Assembly (NCBI GenBank): GCA_951406725.2
Contig: OX597817.1
Coordinates: 17,856,001 to 17,920,000, forward strand
Length of the DNA stretch: 64,000 bases
Direction of reading: 5' to 3'
Source of the DNA: Octopus vulgaris
Taxonomy: Eukaryota
The notes below the pieces were generated by a model. That model did no database searches. It was given only the letters and a program-made list of their open reading frames with translations, and had not been told where the DNA came from. A program made the position numbers and the translations under genes. This document shows, in pieces, positions 38,917 through 51,374 of the stretch (within the stretch, counting starts at the first letter, position 1; every line of letters begins with the position of its first letter).

Positions 38917-39415
38917 TTAGGTAGATTTTTGCTGAGTCGCTAAAAAATATTGTTAAACAACAAAAAAACTGTAACAAGAAATTTAAACCTGTGACAAAAA
39001 ACTGCAGAAAATGAAAAGACACGAAAGGAGAGGAACACGCTTGTACAAAGAAGGAACAGTATTACAACAGTGTGAACAAAAACGTGTTTTAATTTTAATC
39101 GCCCTGTCAGTTGGGTGCATGGAAACAAGTCTAATGGGATGTCGGAAATTTGAAAAAAATAAAAAGCAAAAACGAAAGGAAAAAGAAAAAAAATGTACAA
39201 ATACATGTTCCCTCCACAGAATACAAATTAGATTAACACATCCAATCCATGCAATTAGCTGTTAATAACATTTATTGTCGTGCTTCATAAAACAGGATAT
39301 AATGTCTTTAACTGTTTTTTTTTTTTAAAGTTTATTCTTAATTTTCTACCAGACTTTTTCTTTTTTTGTCTTGCTTTATTTTTCTATCCCTACCCCACAC
39401 TCCATAGCACACAAA

Positions 39416-39510
39416 CGCGCGCGCGCGCACACACACATATACACACACACATACATACATACACACACACACATACATACATACACACACACATACACAC
39501 ATACATATAC

Positions 39511-39541
<31 letters not shown>

Positions 39542-39600
39542 TGTATACATACATACATACATACACACATACATACATACACATACATACATACATATAT
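39416..39600. repeat. (CG)/(CA)/(CATA) compound microsatellite
   Basis: Direct reading. Confidence 0.95.
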
Positions 39601-40474
39601 ACCAGGGCGGGATCCAGGGTTCTTTTTGGGTGTTGCCCAAAAGTTTCGAAAAAAAATACTATATAAGGTGAAAATCGCAATTCGTAACAAATGGACACAT
39701 TTTTTTATGAATTCTAAATTTGTTGCAGCAGACCATATACAAATGAAACTGAAACACTGTGAAATTGCTTGAAATAAAATTTATTTTTATGCGCCCTTTT
39801 CAAGCCTAACCAGGCTCATGGGCCCGGTTTCCCGGTTTCTGTGACGTATGTGAAAGATGAACAATGCATGAAGTTTTAAGGAAACATTTATTTTTACCCG
39901 TTACATTATACAATACCTTTTACCTCGACGGACAGGTGATAAAATCCAAAAGCATGCGAAGTAAAGATGGATATAGATTTTCCTTATATAGTTTGTGTTT
40001 GTGTTTTCGTCATTGTTTAGTGGTAATTACAGAGAGAGATAGAGTGATGTTGTAAGATAACGGAATTAGAGTTAGAGAGAGTGTGGGGCGTTTTTCTTCC
40101 CCCCCCCCCACGACCGTTTGTCTGCCTGCTTCCATGATTCTAGTGGTCGGTTCGCTAACTGATGTTAGTTCTCTCTCAACTCAGGAGTTGTCATCAAATT
40201 GACTAACTCAGTTGTCACTAACTGGTTGAGTCGTCACCAAGCGACTAACTGTCTTTTTGCTTGGGGCTCTTGCTTTTATAACTATCCAGAAGGATAGACA
40301 TATTGAGAGCAATGGGCTTCGTTGGTGGTACTGTGATATTTCTATTGTAGCTTTTGGTCAAGTGGTGAAGACATTATTTCGGCCTAGCTAAAGCGATCTG
40401 GCAAATGTAAAACTGCTGTCACTGAAAAACCATTGTTCCACCGTGAACCACTTCATGTCTGCAAGATGCACTAC

Positions 40475-40475
<1 letters not shown>

Positions 40476-40555
<80 letters not shown>
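40476..40555. repeat. (TCTA)n microsatellite
   Basis: Direct reading. Confidence 0.95.
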
Positions 40556-40556
<1 letters not shown>

Positions 40557-40684
40557 ATATATTTATATGTATATGTATGTATGTATGTATTTATGTAGAG
40601 AATTCACGAAAAAAACAAAAGACGAAGAGAGGTGGTGTAGAAAACAAACAGATGTATTAGTATAACGCTCAGGAATTGAAAAAG

Positions 40685-40722
40685 TCTTTTACGTTTCGAG
40701 CCTACGCTCTTCCACAGAAAGA
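40685..40722 (-). ncRNA. Degenerate minimal type-I hammerhead motif (Penelope-like)
   Basis: Minus strand UCUUU-CUGUGGA-AGAGC GUAG GCUC-GAAA-CG-UA-AAAGA; the core deviates from CUGANGA. Confidence 0.5.
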
Positions 40723-41210
40723 AACGGTGATTCGAAACCGAATCGCTAGTTATGTAGTCAGACACCACGGTCAACGAAACCACAATAGTTTCACGTGATC
40801 GGTCTATCAAGCCACCGATCAGCGTCTGGCATCTTCTTGTACTCTGTGAAAACAAACCGTTTTGGTGCCTAAACTCTTATTAGAGCATTGAGAGCGACCG
40901 ACTCATCCACACGCCTCACCTCTTGCGAGGCAGTGTGTTGAAAGGCCGCTGAATGATATGTGCTTTCTTTCTTACCATCAGACAGTTCCAGATATTAGGC
41001 TGATGGTCCACGCAGATGACCAAGGACTTCCGTCGCCACGAAGATTGCGCAATTGATTTCAGAAAGGTATGGCAAACCGCATGCTGCCGTACCAACAGCA
41101 TTCTGTAATCTCAGCAGTATTCCTCTCACAGACTGTAATTATTGCTTTTGTTAACTGTAAATGACCAACGCAGATTGTCTTTATGTGCGACAATAAATAT
41201 TTCAGTTAAA

Positions 41211-41936
41211 TGATCTTTTCCTTTTGAACGGCAGTTTTCAACACAATTTCTAGTTAACTAAACACTTTTAAACTTCGTATACTGGTAGAATGTGTCAAAA
41301 TAAAACATTTTTTTCTCTTGGCTTTCTCAAGAAAATTGTAATTTGTAAGTTTAACGTAGTTTAGTTTTTCGAATTTTAACCAATCGATGGCTTCTATTTA
41401 GCTAAAATCATTTGCTGCGTCTAAAACTGAGACAACATCCTGTCACTGTTATGTTTACATTCGGAAAGCGTATGCATAAAATTATAGAATTATTTTGTTT
41501 GTTAATTGTTTAAATTATTTTCCATTGCTTTCGTTTTAGCCTTTCGTTTTATTTTCTTAAGCAATGGAAAATAGTTTAAACAATACACGTGTATCTCAAA
41601 ACGAATAATTTTAGACACACGCGTAACAATTAAATTAATTTAACAATTAAGAAAAAAAAACAAAACGAAAGGCTAAAATTTAGGGTTAGGGTTAGGGTCA
41701 GTGACAGGATGTTGTCCCAGTTTTAGATGCAGCAAATGATTTTAGCTAAATAGAGGCCATCGATTGGTTAAAATTCGAAATATTAAACTACGTTAAACTT
41801 ACAAATTACAATTTTCTCAAGAAAGCCAAGAGAAAAAAATGTTTTATTTTGACACATTCTACCAGTATACGAAGTTTAAAAGTGTTTAGTTAACTAGAAA
41901 TTGTGTTGAAAACTGCCGTTCAAAAGGAAAAGATCC
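41211..41936. mobile_element. Merlin-like foldback MITE, long palindrome containing (TTAGGG)3
   Basis: ~235-bp near-perfect arms; TSD cagttaaa on both sides. Confidence 0.88.
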
Positions 41937-42160
41937 CAGTTAAATGTTCGCGGGTATTGTTCAGTTATTTTTTCATGCAGTCAAGTAACTTATTTTCGTT
42001 CAATAACTCGACCACGGAACAATGACATCGGTGACACAGCCAATAAACCCCGTGATACATGGTTATTCATCATCGCTTGACAACTGATTCAGGTTTGTTT
42101 ACGTCCTCGTAACCTAGCGGTTCAGCATAAGAGACCGATAGAATAAGGCTTAGGCTTTAA

Positions 42161-42382
42161 CCCTTTCGTTACCGTATTTATTTTGAGATGCTCTGTTTTT
42201 CATTCAATTAATTTTAAATATAACAAAGAATTTAGTAATATAACTTAGTTATCATTCAGCTAGTGTTAGGAACATAAATTATGACTAAGTTTTGGTGGAA
42301 GATTTTAATTCAAAACTTATGAAAACAAGACATTTGTACTCCAGAGCCAGGGGCGATTTTGGCCAGGTTGGTATCAAAAGAG
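42161..42382. mobile_element. piggyBac-like MITE nested in an old SINE
   Basis: ttaa|ccctttcgttacc ... ggtatcaaaagag|ttaa. Confidence 0.7.
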
Positions 42383-42601
42383 TTAAAAATAAGTCCTGCG
42401 GGTCGATTTGTTCAACTAAAAATCTTCGAGACAATGCGCTAGCATGACCACAGTCAAATGACCGAAGCAAGTGAAATACACATATATACTTATGTTTCCG
42501 TGTGACGGGTGAATAAGCCACAAGTGAAACTAATTGAAAATGAATTTTTATAAATTTGACTCTACTCTTAGTATTAAGTCTTGCCATCAGTAAATGAATT
42601 G

Positions 42602-43072
42602 GGATCTTTTCGGTTTGAACGGCAGTTTTTAAAAATAATTTCCACGTGACCAAACACTTTTAAACTTCGTATACTGGTAGAATGTATTTATAAAACATCT
42701 TTTTCTCTTGGTTTTATTGAGAAAATTCTATAGTTTGTACGATATTTGTTGTGTTTTTTTGAGAAAATTCTATAGTTTCTTAGATATTTGTTGTTTTTTT
42801 TCTTCAATTTCTGCAATTTCAACCAATCAATGACGTCTATTGAGGTGAAAACATTCTGTGCCGTATGAATATGTCCCTCGTTTAAGAAACAGATTGGGTT
42901 TATTTACATTTCTGAAGAAAAAAAGATACCCTTCTCCCACCCCTAACCCTAACTTTGACCCTAACCCTAAAATAGATTGAAATGCAATAGATCGATACTA
43001 GGGTCATAATTATGGGTGACGATTTCATATGACACCGCTAGAAAAAAACTACCGTTCAAACCGAAAAGATCC
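42602..43072. mobile_element. Merlin-like MITE, asymmetric form
   Basis: TIR ggatcttttcggtttgaacgg; perfect 8-bp TSD atgaattg. Confidence 0.88.
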
Positions 43073-43830
43073 ATGAATTGTTATCCTTGAGATGTTTAAA
43101 AAATAACAACCTAAAATTAGCACACAAGCACACACACATACACACACACAAAATCAACTATTTTATGAACTTTACATTTGTGTGAGAGCGCGTGCACATG
43201 TGTATATGCTTACATAATATATAAATACACGTATACCTACAACAGCTCTTTGGTTCATTGTACTTATAACTAACGCCAAGCACTTTTACTGCTCTTCATG
43301 TTGCCGTATATTCTCAGGGGAGTTTAGAAATATCCATTTTGTTTGTCTCCTCAAAGAAACATGATAGCTTGAAACATTTCATCCATTTTTCTTGCTGAAA
43401 AATTTCTTCAATGACACTCACCGTCTCGCATTTTTTCACAGTTGTTGTTTACCACGTTCAGTTTATTTACTCCTACGATGGGAATTCCTCATGTCTTATC
43501 TATTGAGTTATGTCATATGGTAAGACCACAGACTGTGCTATGTAATATCACGTACTTTTGCACTTTCCATTCAAGTATGTTTTGAAAGAAAAGTATTTTG
43601 TTTTGTTGATGTTCTAGTTAGAGTGGTAGATGGCAGACATCAGTAGACATAAGACAAAATGCTGAGTAGTGTTTAGTTACGCCCTTTAAAGTTTTTGAGT
43701 CCAAATTCTATCGAAGTCGACTTTACATGTCAATCTACTGGGTAAAATAATTCCTATCAAGTACGACTGATCTTTATGCCTACATGTTGCGTTATACCTA
43801 CATTTGGTGTTAATATTAAAGTCCTTTTCT

Positions 43831-44400
43831 AAGGCGGCGAGCTGGCAGAAACGTTAGCACGCCGGATGAAATACTTAGCGGTATTTCGTTGTGAGTTCAA
43901 ATTCCGCCGAGGTTGACTTTGCCTTTCATCCTTTCGGGGTCGATAAATTAAGTACCAGCTCCGCATTGGGTCGATGTAATCGACTTAATACCTATGTCTG
44001 TCCTTGTTTGTCCCCTCTATGTTTAGCCCCTTGTGGATAATAAAGAAATAGGTATTTCGTCCGCCGTTCAAATTCCACCGAGGTCGACTTTGCCTTTCAT
44101 CCTTTCGGGGTCCATAAATTAAGTACCAGTTACGCACTGGGGTTGATGTAATCGACTTAATCCCTTTGTCTGTCCTTGTTTGTCCCCTCTATGTTTAGAC
44201 CCTTGTGGGCAATAAAGAAATAAGAAACGTTAGTACACCGATTAGAGGTATGTCGCTACGTTCTGAGTTCAATTTCCGCCGAGGTCGACTTTGCTTTTCA
44301 TCCTTTCGTACCTGTGAAATACTGGAGTCGATGTAATCGACTTGTCCCGCTCTCCCCAAAATTTCAGGCTGTATACCTTTAGTAGAAAGGATTATTATTC
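43831..44400 (+). mobile_element. SINE family B multimer (~3 units)
   Basis: Head aaggcggcgagctggcagaaacgttagc followed by repeated Nin/Deu-domain units. Confidence 0.85.
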
Positions 44401-44661
44401 AGAATCGTTAGCGATTCAGGTAAAATGCATAGTTCAAATCTCACGAAGGTCAACTTTACCTCTCATTTTTTCGGAGTCGACTACTCCTCTCCTCAAAATT
44501 GCTGGCCTTGTGCTTAAACTTTGGCCCTTTTTTTTAACTTCAGGGCATGTGATCTACCTATGTGCCAAAAATCATTAAAATCGGTCGGACATATGAGAAG
44601 ACTTAGAGGAGTAACCTCAAACTCACATACACAGATACCATTACACATTTATGTATACAGA

Positions 44662-44825
44662 TAGGCGCAGGAGTGGCTGTGTGGTAAGTAGCTTGTTTAC
44701 CAACCACATGGTTCCGGGTTCAGTCCCACTGCGTGGCACCTTGGGCAAGTGTCTTCTACTATAGCCTCGAGCCGACCAAAGCCTTGTGAGTGGATTTGGT
44801 AGACGGAAACTGAAAGAAGCCTGTC

Positions 44826-44864
<39 letters not shown>

Positions 44865-45060
44865 TGTGTGTGTCTGTGTTTGTCCCCCTAGCATTGCTTG
44901 ACAAACGATGCTGGTGTGTTTACGTCCCCGTTACTTAGCGGTTCGGCAATAGAATAAGTACTGGGCTTACAAAAGAATAAGTCCCGGGGTCGAGTTGCTC
45001 GATTAAAGGCGGTGCTCCAGCATGGCCGCAGTCAAATGGCTGAAACAAGTAAAAGAGTAA
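44662..45060 (+). mobile_element. SINE family A
   Basis: Family consensus. Confidence 0.9.
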
Positions 45061-45914
45061 AGATATATTCTTTTGCTGGTAGTATTGCTTTCCTATCTGG
45101 AACGGTGATTCCTTCACACTTTACTGCTTTCTTCTCTTTATAACAAACTGCATCCCAATATCTTTGTTTAGTTGTTGAGAGAGAATGTGCTTTCATCGTT
45201 TCATTGATTTTTAAGCATTCTGTTTTGTTAATATTGTTTTATCTATAAATTATATCTATTAATTTACCTCTTCTAATCAGTATACCATTTCGTTTTAATC
45301 AGTATTTCCTGTGAAATATCTCATAGATCTTGTTTTTTGATATTCGTTGTTTAAAGATATGGAAAGCAGACTTGTGGAGGCGCAATGGCCCAGTGGTTAG
45401 GGCAGCGGCCTCGCGGTCATAGGATCGCGGTTTCGATTCCCAGACAGGGCGTTGCGAGTGTTTATTGAAAGAAAACACCTAAAAGCTCCACGAGGCTCCG
45501 GCAGGGGGTGGTGGTGATCCCTGCTGTACTCTTTCACCACAATTTTCTCTCACTCTTACTTCCTGTTTCTACGTTACGGGTGCACGTGTCTGTGGAGTGC
45601 TCAGCCACTTACACGTTAATTTCACGAGCAGGCTGTTCCGTTGATTCGGATCAACCGGAACCCTCATCGTCGTAACCGACGGAGAGCTTCCACTAAGGAA
45701 AGCAGACTTAGATCTTTTATTGTCTTTTTGGCTTTGTTCTAATTTTTTATTCTGTTGCAAGCGCATGTCCATAATATTACATTTATAAGTATCAGTGATA
45801 TTATGACAGCTATATCTTTTCAGTGATATCATTAACTTTGTTGTGAGCCACATATATACTGGGTTTTTATCCATTCCCCTTATTGATGATAATATTTCAC
45901 GGTAAAAAAATATA

Positions 45915-46126
45915 TACTCTCTACTCTTTTACTTGTTTCAGTCATTTGACTGCGGCCATGCTGGAGCACCGCCTTTAATCGAGCAACTCGACCCCAGGAC
46001 TTATTCTTTTGTAAGCCCAGTACTTATTCTATCGTAGTATTTTGCCGAACCGCTAAGTAACGGGGACATAAACACACCAGCATCGGTTGTCAAGCAATGC
46101 TAGGGGGACAAACACAGACACAAACA

Positions 46127-46196
<70 letters not shown>

Positions 46197-46343
46197 TACG
46201 ACGGGCTTCTTTCAGTTTCCGTCTACCAAATCCACTCACAAGGCTTTGGTCGGCCCGAGGCTATAGTAGAAGACACTTGCCCAAAGTGCCACGCAGTGGG
46301 ACTGAACCCGGAACCATGTGGTTGGTAAACAAGCTACTTACCA
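45915..46343 (-). mobile_element. SINE family A
   Basis: Family consensus with expanded (TA)n. Confidence 0.9.
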
Positions 46344-46688
46344 CACAGCCACTCATGCGCCTATACATACAAAAAAAAAAACAACAACAAAAAAACATAC
46401 GTACATGCATACACACATACATGCACACAATCTCGTTATAAATAATTAGTAATAGGTGGACTGTGCCTTGAAGATTTCGGCCGGCCATGGAAACAGCACA
46501 GATTCGGTAACAGGATTCAAATCTCCGAACTGATTTCCACGATATACTTTTATTGTTTAATTGTAATTTTTTTTAATGTAGCAAAAAAAAAAAAAAAAAA
46601 AGAAAGAAAGAAAGGAAAGAAAGAAAACAATTTTCTCAGGGTCGGTAGTACTATGAAGCTGAACCAATCAATATGTTTGTTGTAATTA

Positions 46689-47104
46689 GGGCGGCGAGCT
46701 GCCAGAAACGTTAGCACGCCGGGCGAAATGCTTAGCAGTATTTCGTCTGCCGTTACGTTGTGAGTTCAAATTCCACCGAGGTCGACTTTGCCTTTCATCC
46801 TTTCGGGGTCGATAAATTAAGTACCAGTTACGCACTGGAGTCGATGTAATCGACTTAATACCCATGTCTGTCCTTGTTTGTCCCCTCTGTGTTTAGCCCC
46901 TTGTGGGTAATAAAGAAATAGGTATTTCCTCTGCCGTTACGTTCTGAGTTCAAATTCCGCCGAGGTCGACTTTGCCTTTCATCCTTTCCGGGTCGATAAA
47001 TTAAGTACCAGTTACGCACTGGGGTCGATGTAATCGACTTAATCCGTTTGTCTGTCCTTGTTTGTCCCCTCTATGTTTAGCCCCTTGTGGCTAGTAAAGA
47101 AACA
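46689..47104 (+). mobile_element. SINE family B dimer
   Basis: Two units inside one 19-bp TSD aatatgtttgttgtaatta (46670-46688 / 47105-47123). Confidence 0.9.
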
Positions 47105-47405
47105 AATATGTTTGTTGTAATTATTTTATAGATCACCACCACCAGAAAAAGCAAAATTTAATGACAATTCCATCGGGATTTGAAATCAAACGTAGACGAA
47201 TTTAATTAACTATTGTAGGGTATTTAGTCGGCATAATATTAGTTCTGATAATTTGCAATGCCCTCAATATTTTATTTATATTTTACTAATGATTTCTAGC
47301 GTAGGTGTTACGTAACGAATTTTGGGAGGAGTGTACACAATTAAGTCGCCCTCTCTTCCAGTACTTGAAAGGCATTTATTTTACCCTTCATCGTTTGAGT
47401 CATAT

Positions 47406-47828
47406 TCTTTTATTCTTTTACTTGCTTCAGTCATTTGACTGCGGCCATGCTGGAGCACCGCCTTTAGTCGAGCAAATCGACCCCGGGACTTATTCTTTGT
47501 AAGCTCTGTACTTATTCTATCGTAGTCTTTTGCCGAACCGCTAAGTAACGGGGACATAAACACACCAGCAATGCCTGGGGGACAAGCAATGCCTGGGGGA
47601 CAAACACACTCACACAAACACACACACGCATATATATATATACATATATACGACGGGCTTCTTTCAGTTTCCGTCTACCAAATCCACTCACAAGGCTTTG
47701 GTCGGCCCGAGGCTATAGTAGAAGACACTTGCCCAAGGTGCCACGCAGTGGGACTGAACCCGGAACCATGTGGCTGGTTAGCTTGCTGGTTAGCAAGCTA
47801 CTTACCACACAGCCACTCCTGCGCCTAT
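47406..47828 (-). mobile_element. SINE family A
   Basis: Family consensus with small internal duplications. Confidence 0.88.
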
Positions 47829-48444
47829 ATAGTAGATATTTTGTGGATAGTTGTAGAAAATCGTCTCTTTACGTCTATTAGTATTAATTAGAGTTTTCTA
47901 TTTTGTACTGAATTTTGTTTCTTGCATTCTCAATGTAGTCTTCTGCCGAGGTTGACTTTGCTTTTCATCCTTCTGGGGTCGATAAATTAAGTACCAGTTG
48001 CGTACTGAGGTCGACCTAATCGCCTGGCTCCCTTCCCCCAAAATTGCTGGTCTTGTGCCTAGAATAGAAAACATTCTCAATGTAGTCATTAACTTTTCTT
48101 GTTTTTGTAACTTAGCAATGATGGATCTTTTCGGTTTGACCGGCAGATTTTTTTAATAATTTCTTTGTAACAAGTACCAGTTGCGTTCTGGGGGTCGATC
48201 TAATCGACTGACCCCCTCCCCTAAAATTTCGGGTCTTGTGCCTCGAGTAGAAAAGAATAATACTGTGTCTAATTTAGGTACAAAGCCAGAAATTTTGAAG
48301 CGAAAGTGTTAAACGATGCACTCTATCCTAGTATCTCACTGATACTTTATCTTATCGACTCCGAAGGAATGAAAGGTAAAGTTGACGTCTTAGGGATTTT
48401 AACTCAGAACATAATGATCTGTAACAACTGTGAATTATCATTGC

Positions 48445-49056
48445 GGATCTTTTCGGTTTGACCGGCAGATTTTTAAAATAATTTCTTTGTAACTAAACAC
48501 TTTTAAACTTCGTATACTGATAGAATGTGTTTATAAAACATCTTTTTCTGTTGGCTTTCTTGCGAAAATTCTGTAGTTTGTGAGATATTTGATCTTTAAT
48601 TTCTTAATTTTATGATATTTCAACCAATCAATGACGTCTATTGAGGTGAAAACAATATCTGCCGAAGTCTGTCAACAGTAATTTTTTGCGGTGTCATATG
48701 AAATTGTCCCTGCTATTTATGACATATTTCATATCAATTACGTTCGTATGAATAAAAGATTATCGTTATTAAACTTTTATTAATAAACACATATTCTAAG
48801 TTCACAACATATGCAGTTTTAATTTTCCTCTCTGTTGCACACATTACATATTCACCTCAATAGACGTCATTGATTGGTTGAAATTGCCGAAAATTAAGAA
48901 ATTAAAGACCAAATATGTTACAAACTACAGAATTTTCTCAAGAAAGCCAAGAGAAAAAGATGTTTCATAAACACATTCTACCAGTTTACGAAGTTTAAAA
49001 GTGTTTAGTTACAGAGAAATTATTTTTTAAATCTGCCGGTCAAACCGAAAAGATCC
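48445..49056. mobile_element. Merlin-like foldback MITE
   Basis: ~200-bp inverted arms starting ggatcttttcggtttgaccggcaga; no clear TSD. Confidence 0.82.
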
Positions 49057-49740
49057 TAATTTATCAACCCCGAAAGGATGAAAGGCAAAGTCGACAACAG
49101 CGGAATTTGAACTCGGAACGTAACGGCAGACGAAATACCTATTTCTTTATTACCCACAAGGGGCTAAACACAGAGAGGACAAACAGGGACAGACAAACGG
49201 ATTAAGTCGATTATATCGACCCTAGTGCGTAACTGGTACTTAATTTATCGACCCCGAAAGGATGAAAGGCAAAGTCGACCTCGGCGGAATTCGAACTCAC
49301 AACGTAACGCAGACGAAATACCTATTTCTTTATTACCCACAAGGGGCTAAACACAGAGGGGACAAACAAGGACAGACATAGGTATTAAGTCGATTACATC
49401 GACCTCAGTGCGTAACTGGTACTTAATTTATCGACCCCAAAAGGATGAAAGACAAAGTCGACATCAGCGGAATTTGAACTCGGAACGTAACGGCAGACGA
49501 AATACCTATTTCTTTATTACCCACAAGGGGCTAAACACAGAGAGGACAAACAGGGACAGACATAGGTATTAAGTCGATTACATCGACCCCAGTGCGTAAC
49601 TGGTACTTAATTTATCGACCCCGAAAGGATGAAAGGCAAAGTCGACCTCGGCGGAATTTGAACTCAGAACGTAACGGCAGACGAAATACCGCCAAGCATT
49701 TCGTCCGGCGTGCTAACGTTTCTGCCAGCTCGCCGCCTTA
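49057..49740 (-). mobile_element. SINE family B multimer (~3.5 units, period ~183 bp)
   Basis: Units restart at gtatttcgtctgc; one head at 49740; truncated by the MITE. Confidence 0.9.
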
Positions 49741-50210
49741 GACACAATATTATCATTGTAACAATTACAGCGCGGAAACCGCGTATTAGCCGTTCAAAAA
49801 CGCACAAAAAGTGTTAATTTCACTCAAACATTTATTAATGTGATGTCAAAATTTTCGCCACACCAACTACGACCTGGTCACTGACACAGATTTTTTGACA
49901 CAAAATTAATACAAATTCAAGTGAAGTTAACAGGGTTTTTAAAAAAATTTTTGTATTTCTGAATGGCTGATATGCGCCTTCTACGCTGTAAACTGTTTTA
50001 ATCTTAATACACGGTCTCGGATCAAATCTCTTGCCAGCCAAGTACATCCCCGAAATTGTAATTGTAACTATTTGTCACAAATGCAACATTGACACTTTGG
50101 CTTATTTTAAGCATTTAGCCCTGATTTGAGTATAAACTACTTGTCTATGTGATAGTATTACTTTCTATCATGTTCATTTATTTGTGAGCATTATGCAATA
50201 CCAACTTCAT

Positions 50211-50621
50211 GGATCTTTTCCTTTTGATAGACAGAATTCAACACAATTTCTAGTTAACTAAACAATTTGAAACTTCGTATACTGGTAGAATGTATCAAAA
50301 GAAAACATTATTTTCACTTGGCTTTTTTGATAAATTTGTAATTCGTTTGTTTAACGTAGTTTAACTTTTCGAATTTTAACCAATCCTATGCTCTCTTTTG
50401 AGCTGAAATAATCTGCTGCGTTATCGATATTGATAAACAAACGAGGAGGGTAATGTTGGCATGTGCTAGAAATAACAGCCATATCTCTTATTACAAATTT
50501 ATCAAAAAAGCCAAGTGAAAATAATGTTTTCTTTTGACACATTCTACCAGTATACGAAGTTTCAAATTGTTTAGTTAACTAGAAATTGTGTTGAATTCTG
50601 TCTATCGAAAGGAAAAGATCC
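50211..50621. mobile_element. Merlin-like foldback MITE
   Basis: ~130-bp arms; TSD aacttcat/aagttcat. Confidence 0.85.
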
Positions 50622-50948
50622 AAGTTCATTCCTTCTAAAGCATTTATGAAGATTTATGTTACATGATAATTTCCCTTTTTATACTTGTTGATATCATCTT
50701 GAAGAGTGTAGTTGATCAAATCAACCCCAGTATTTATTTTAAGCATTTATCAACCCTAATATTCATTCGCTCTCTTTTTGCTTAACCGATGTTATGGGGG
50801 ACGTAAATAGACAAGCTCTGGTTGTGCAGTGGCGAGAAAAAAGAAACATCACTGAGCAACCATATATAAATGTATATATGTATACGACTGGTTTTCGCAC
50901 ATTTTCCGTCTATCAAATTTATTCATAAGGCGTTAGTCGGCTCAGGAT

Positions 50949-51176
50949 TACTCTTTACTCTCTTTTACTTGTTTCAGTCATTTGACTGCGGCCATGCTGG
51001 AGCACCGCCTTTAATCGAGCAACTCGACCCCGGGACTTACTCTTTTTTAAGCCCAGTACTTATTCCATCGGTCTCTTTTTGCCGAACCGCTAAGTAACGG
51101 GGACATAAACACACCAGCATCGGTTGTCAAGCAATGCTAGGGGGACAAACACAGACACACAAACACACACACATGC

Positions 51177-51207
<31 letters not shown>

Positions 51208-51374
51208 TACGACGGGCTTCTTTCAGTTTCCGTCTACCAAATCCACTCACAAGGCTTTGGTCGGCCCGAGGCTATAGTAGAAGACACTTGCCCAAGGTGC
51301 CACGCAGTGGGACTGAACCCGGAACCATGTGGTTGGTAAACAAGCTACTTACCACACAGCCACTCCTGCGCCTA
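50949..51374 (-). mobile_element. SINE family A nested in an older SINE
   Basis: Family consensus; flanks are diverged halves of a related SINE. Confidence 0.88.

Noticed and set aside
41680-41697. TTAGGG repeats as a telomere or chromosome-fusion scar
   Set aside because: Only 3 units, and an internal part of a MITE family
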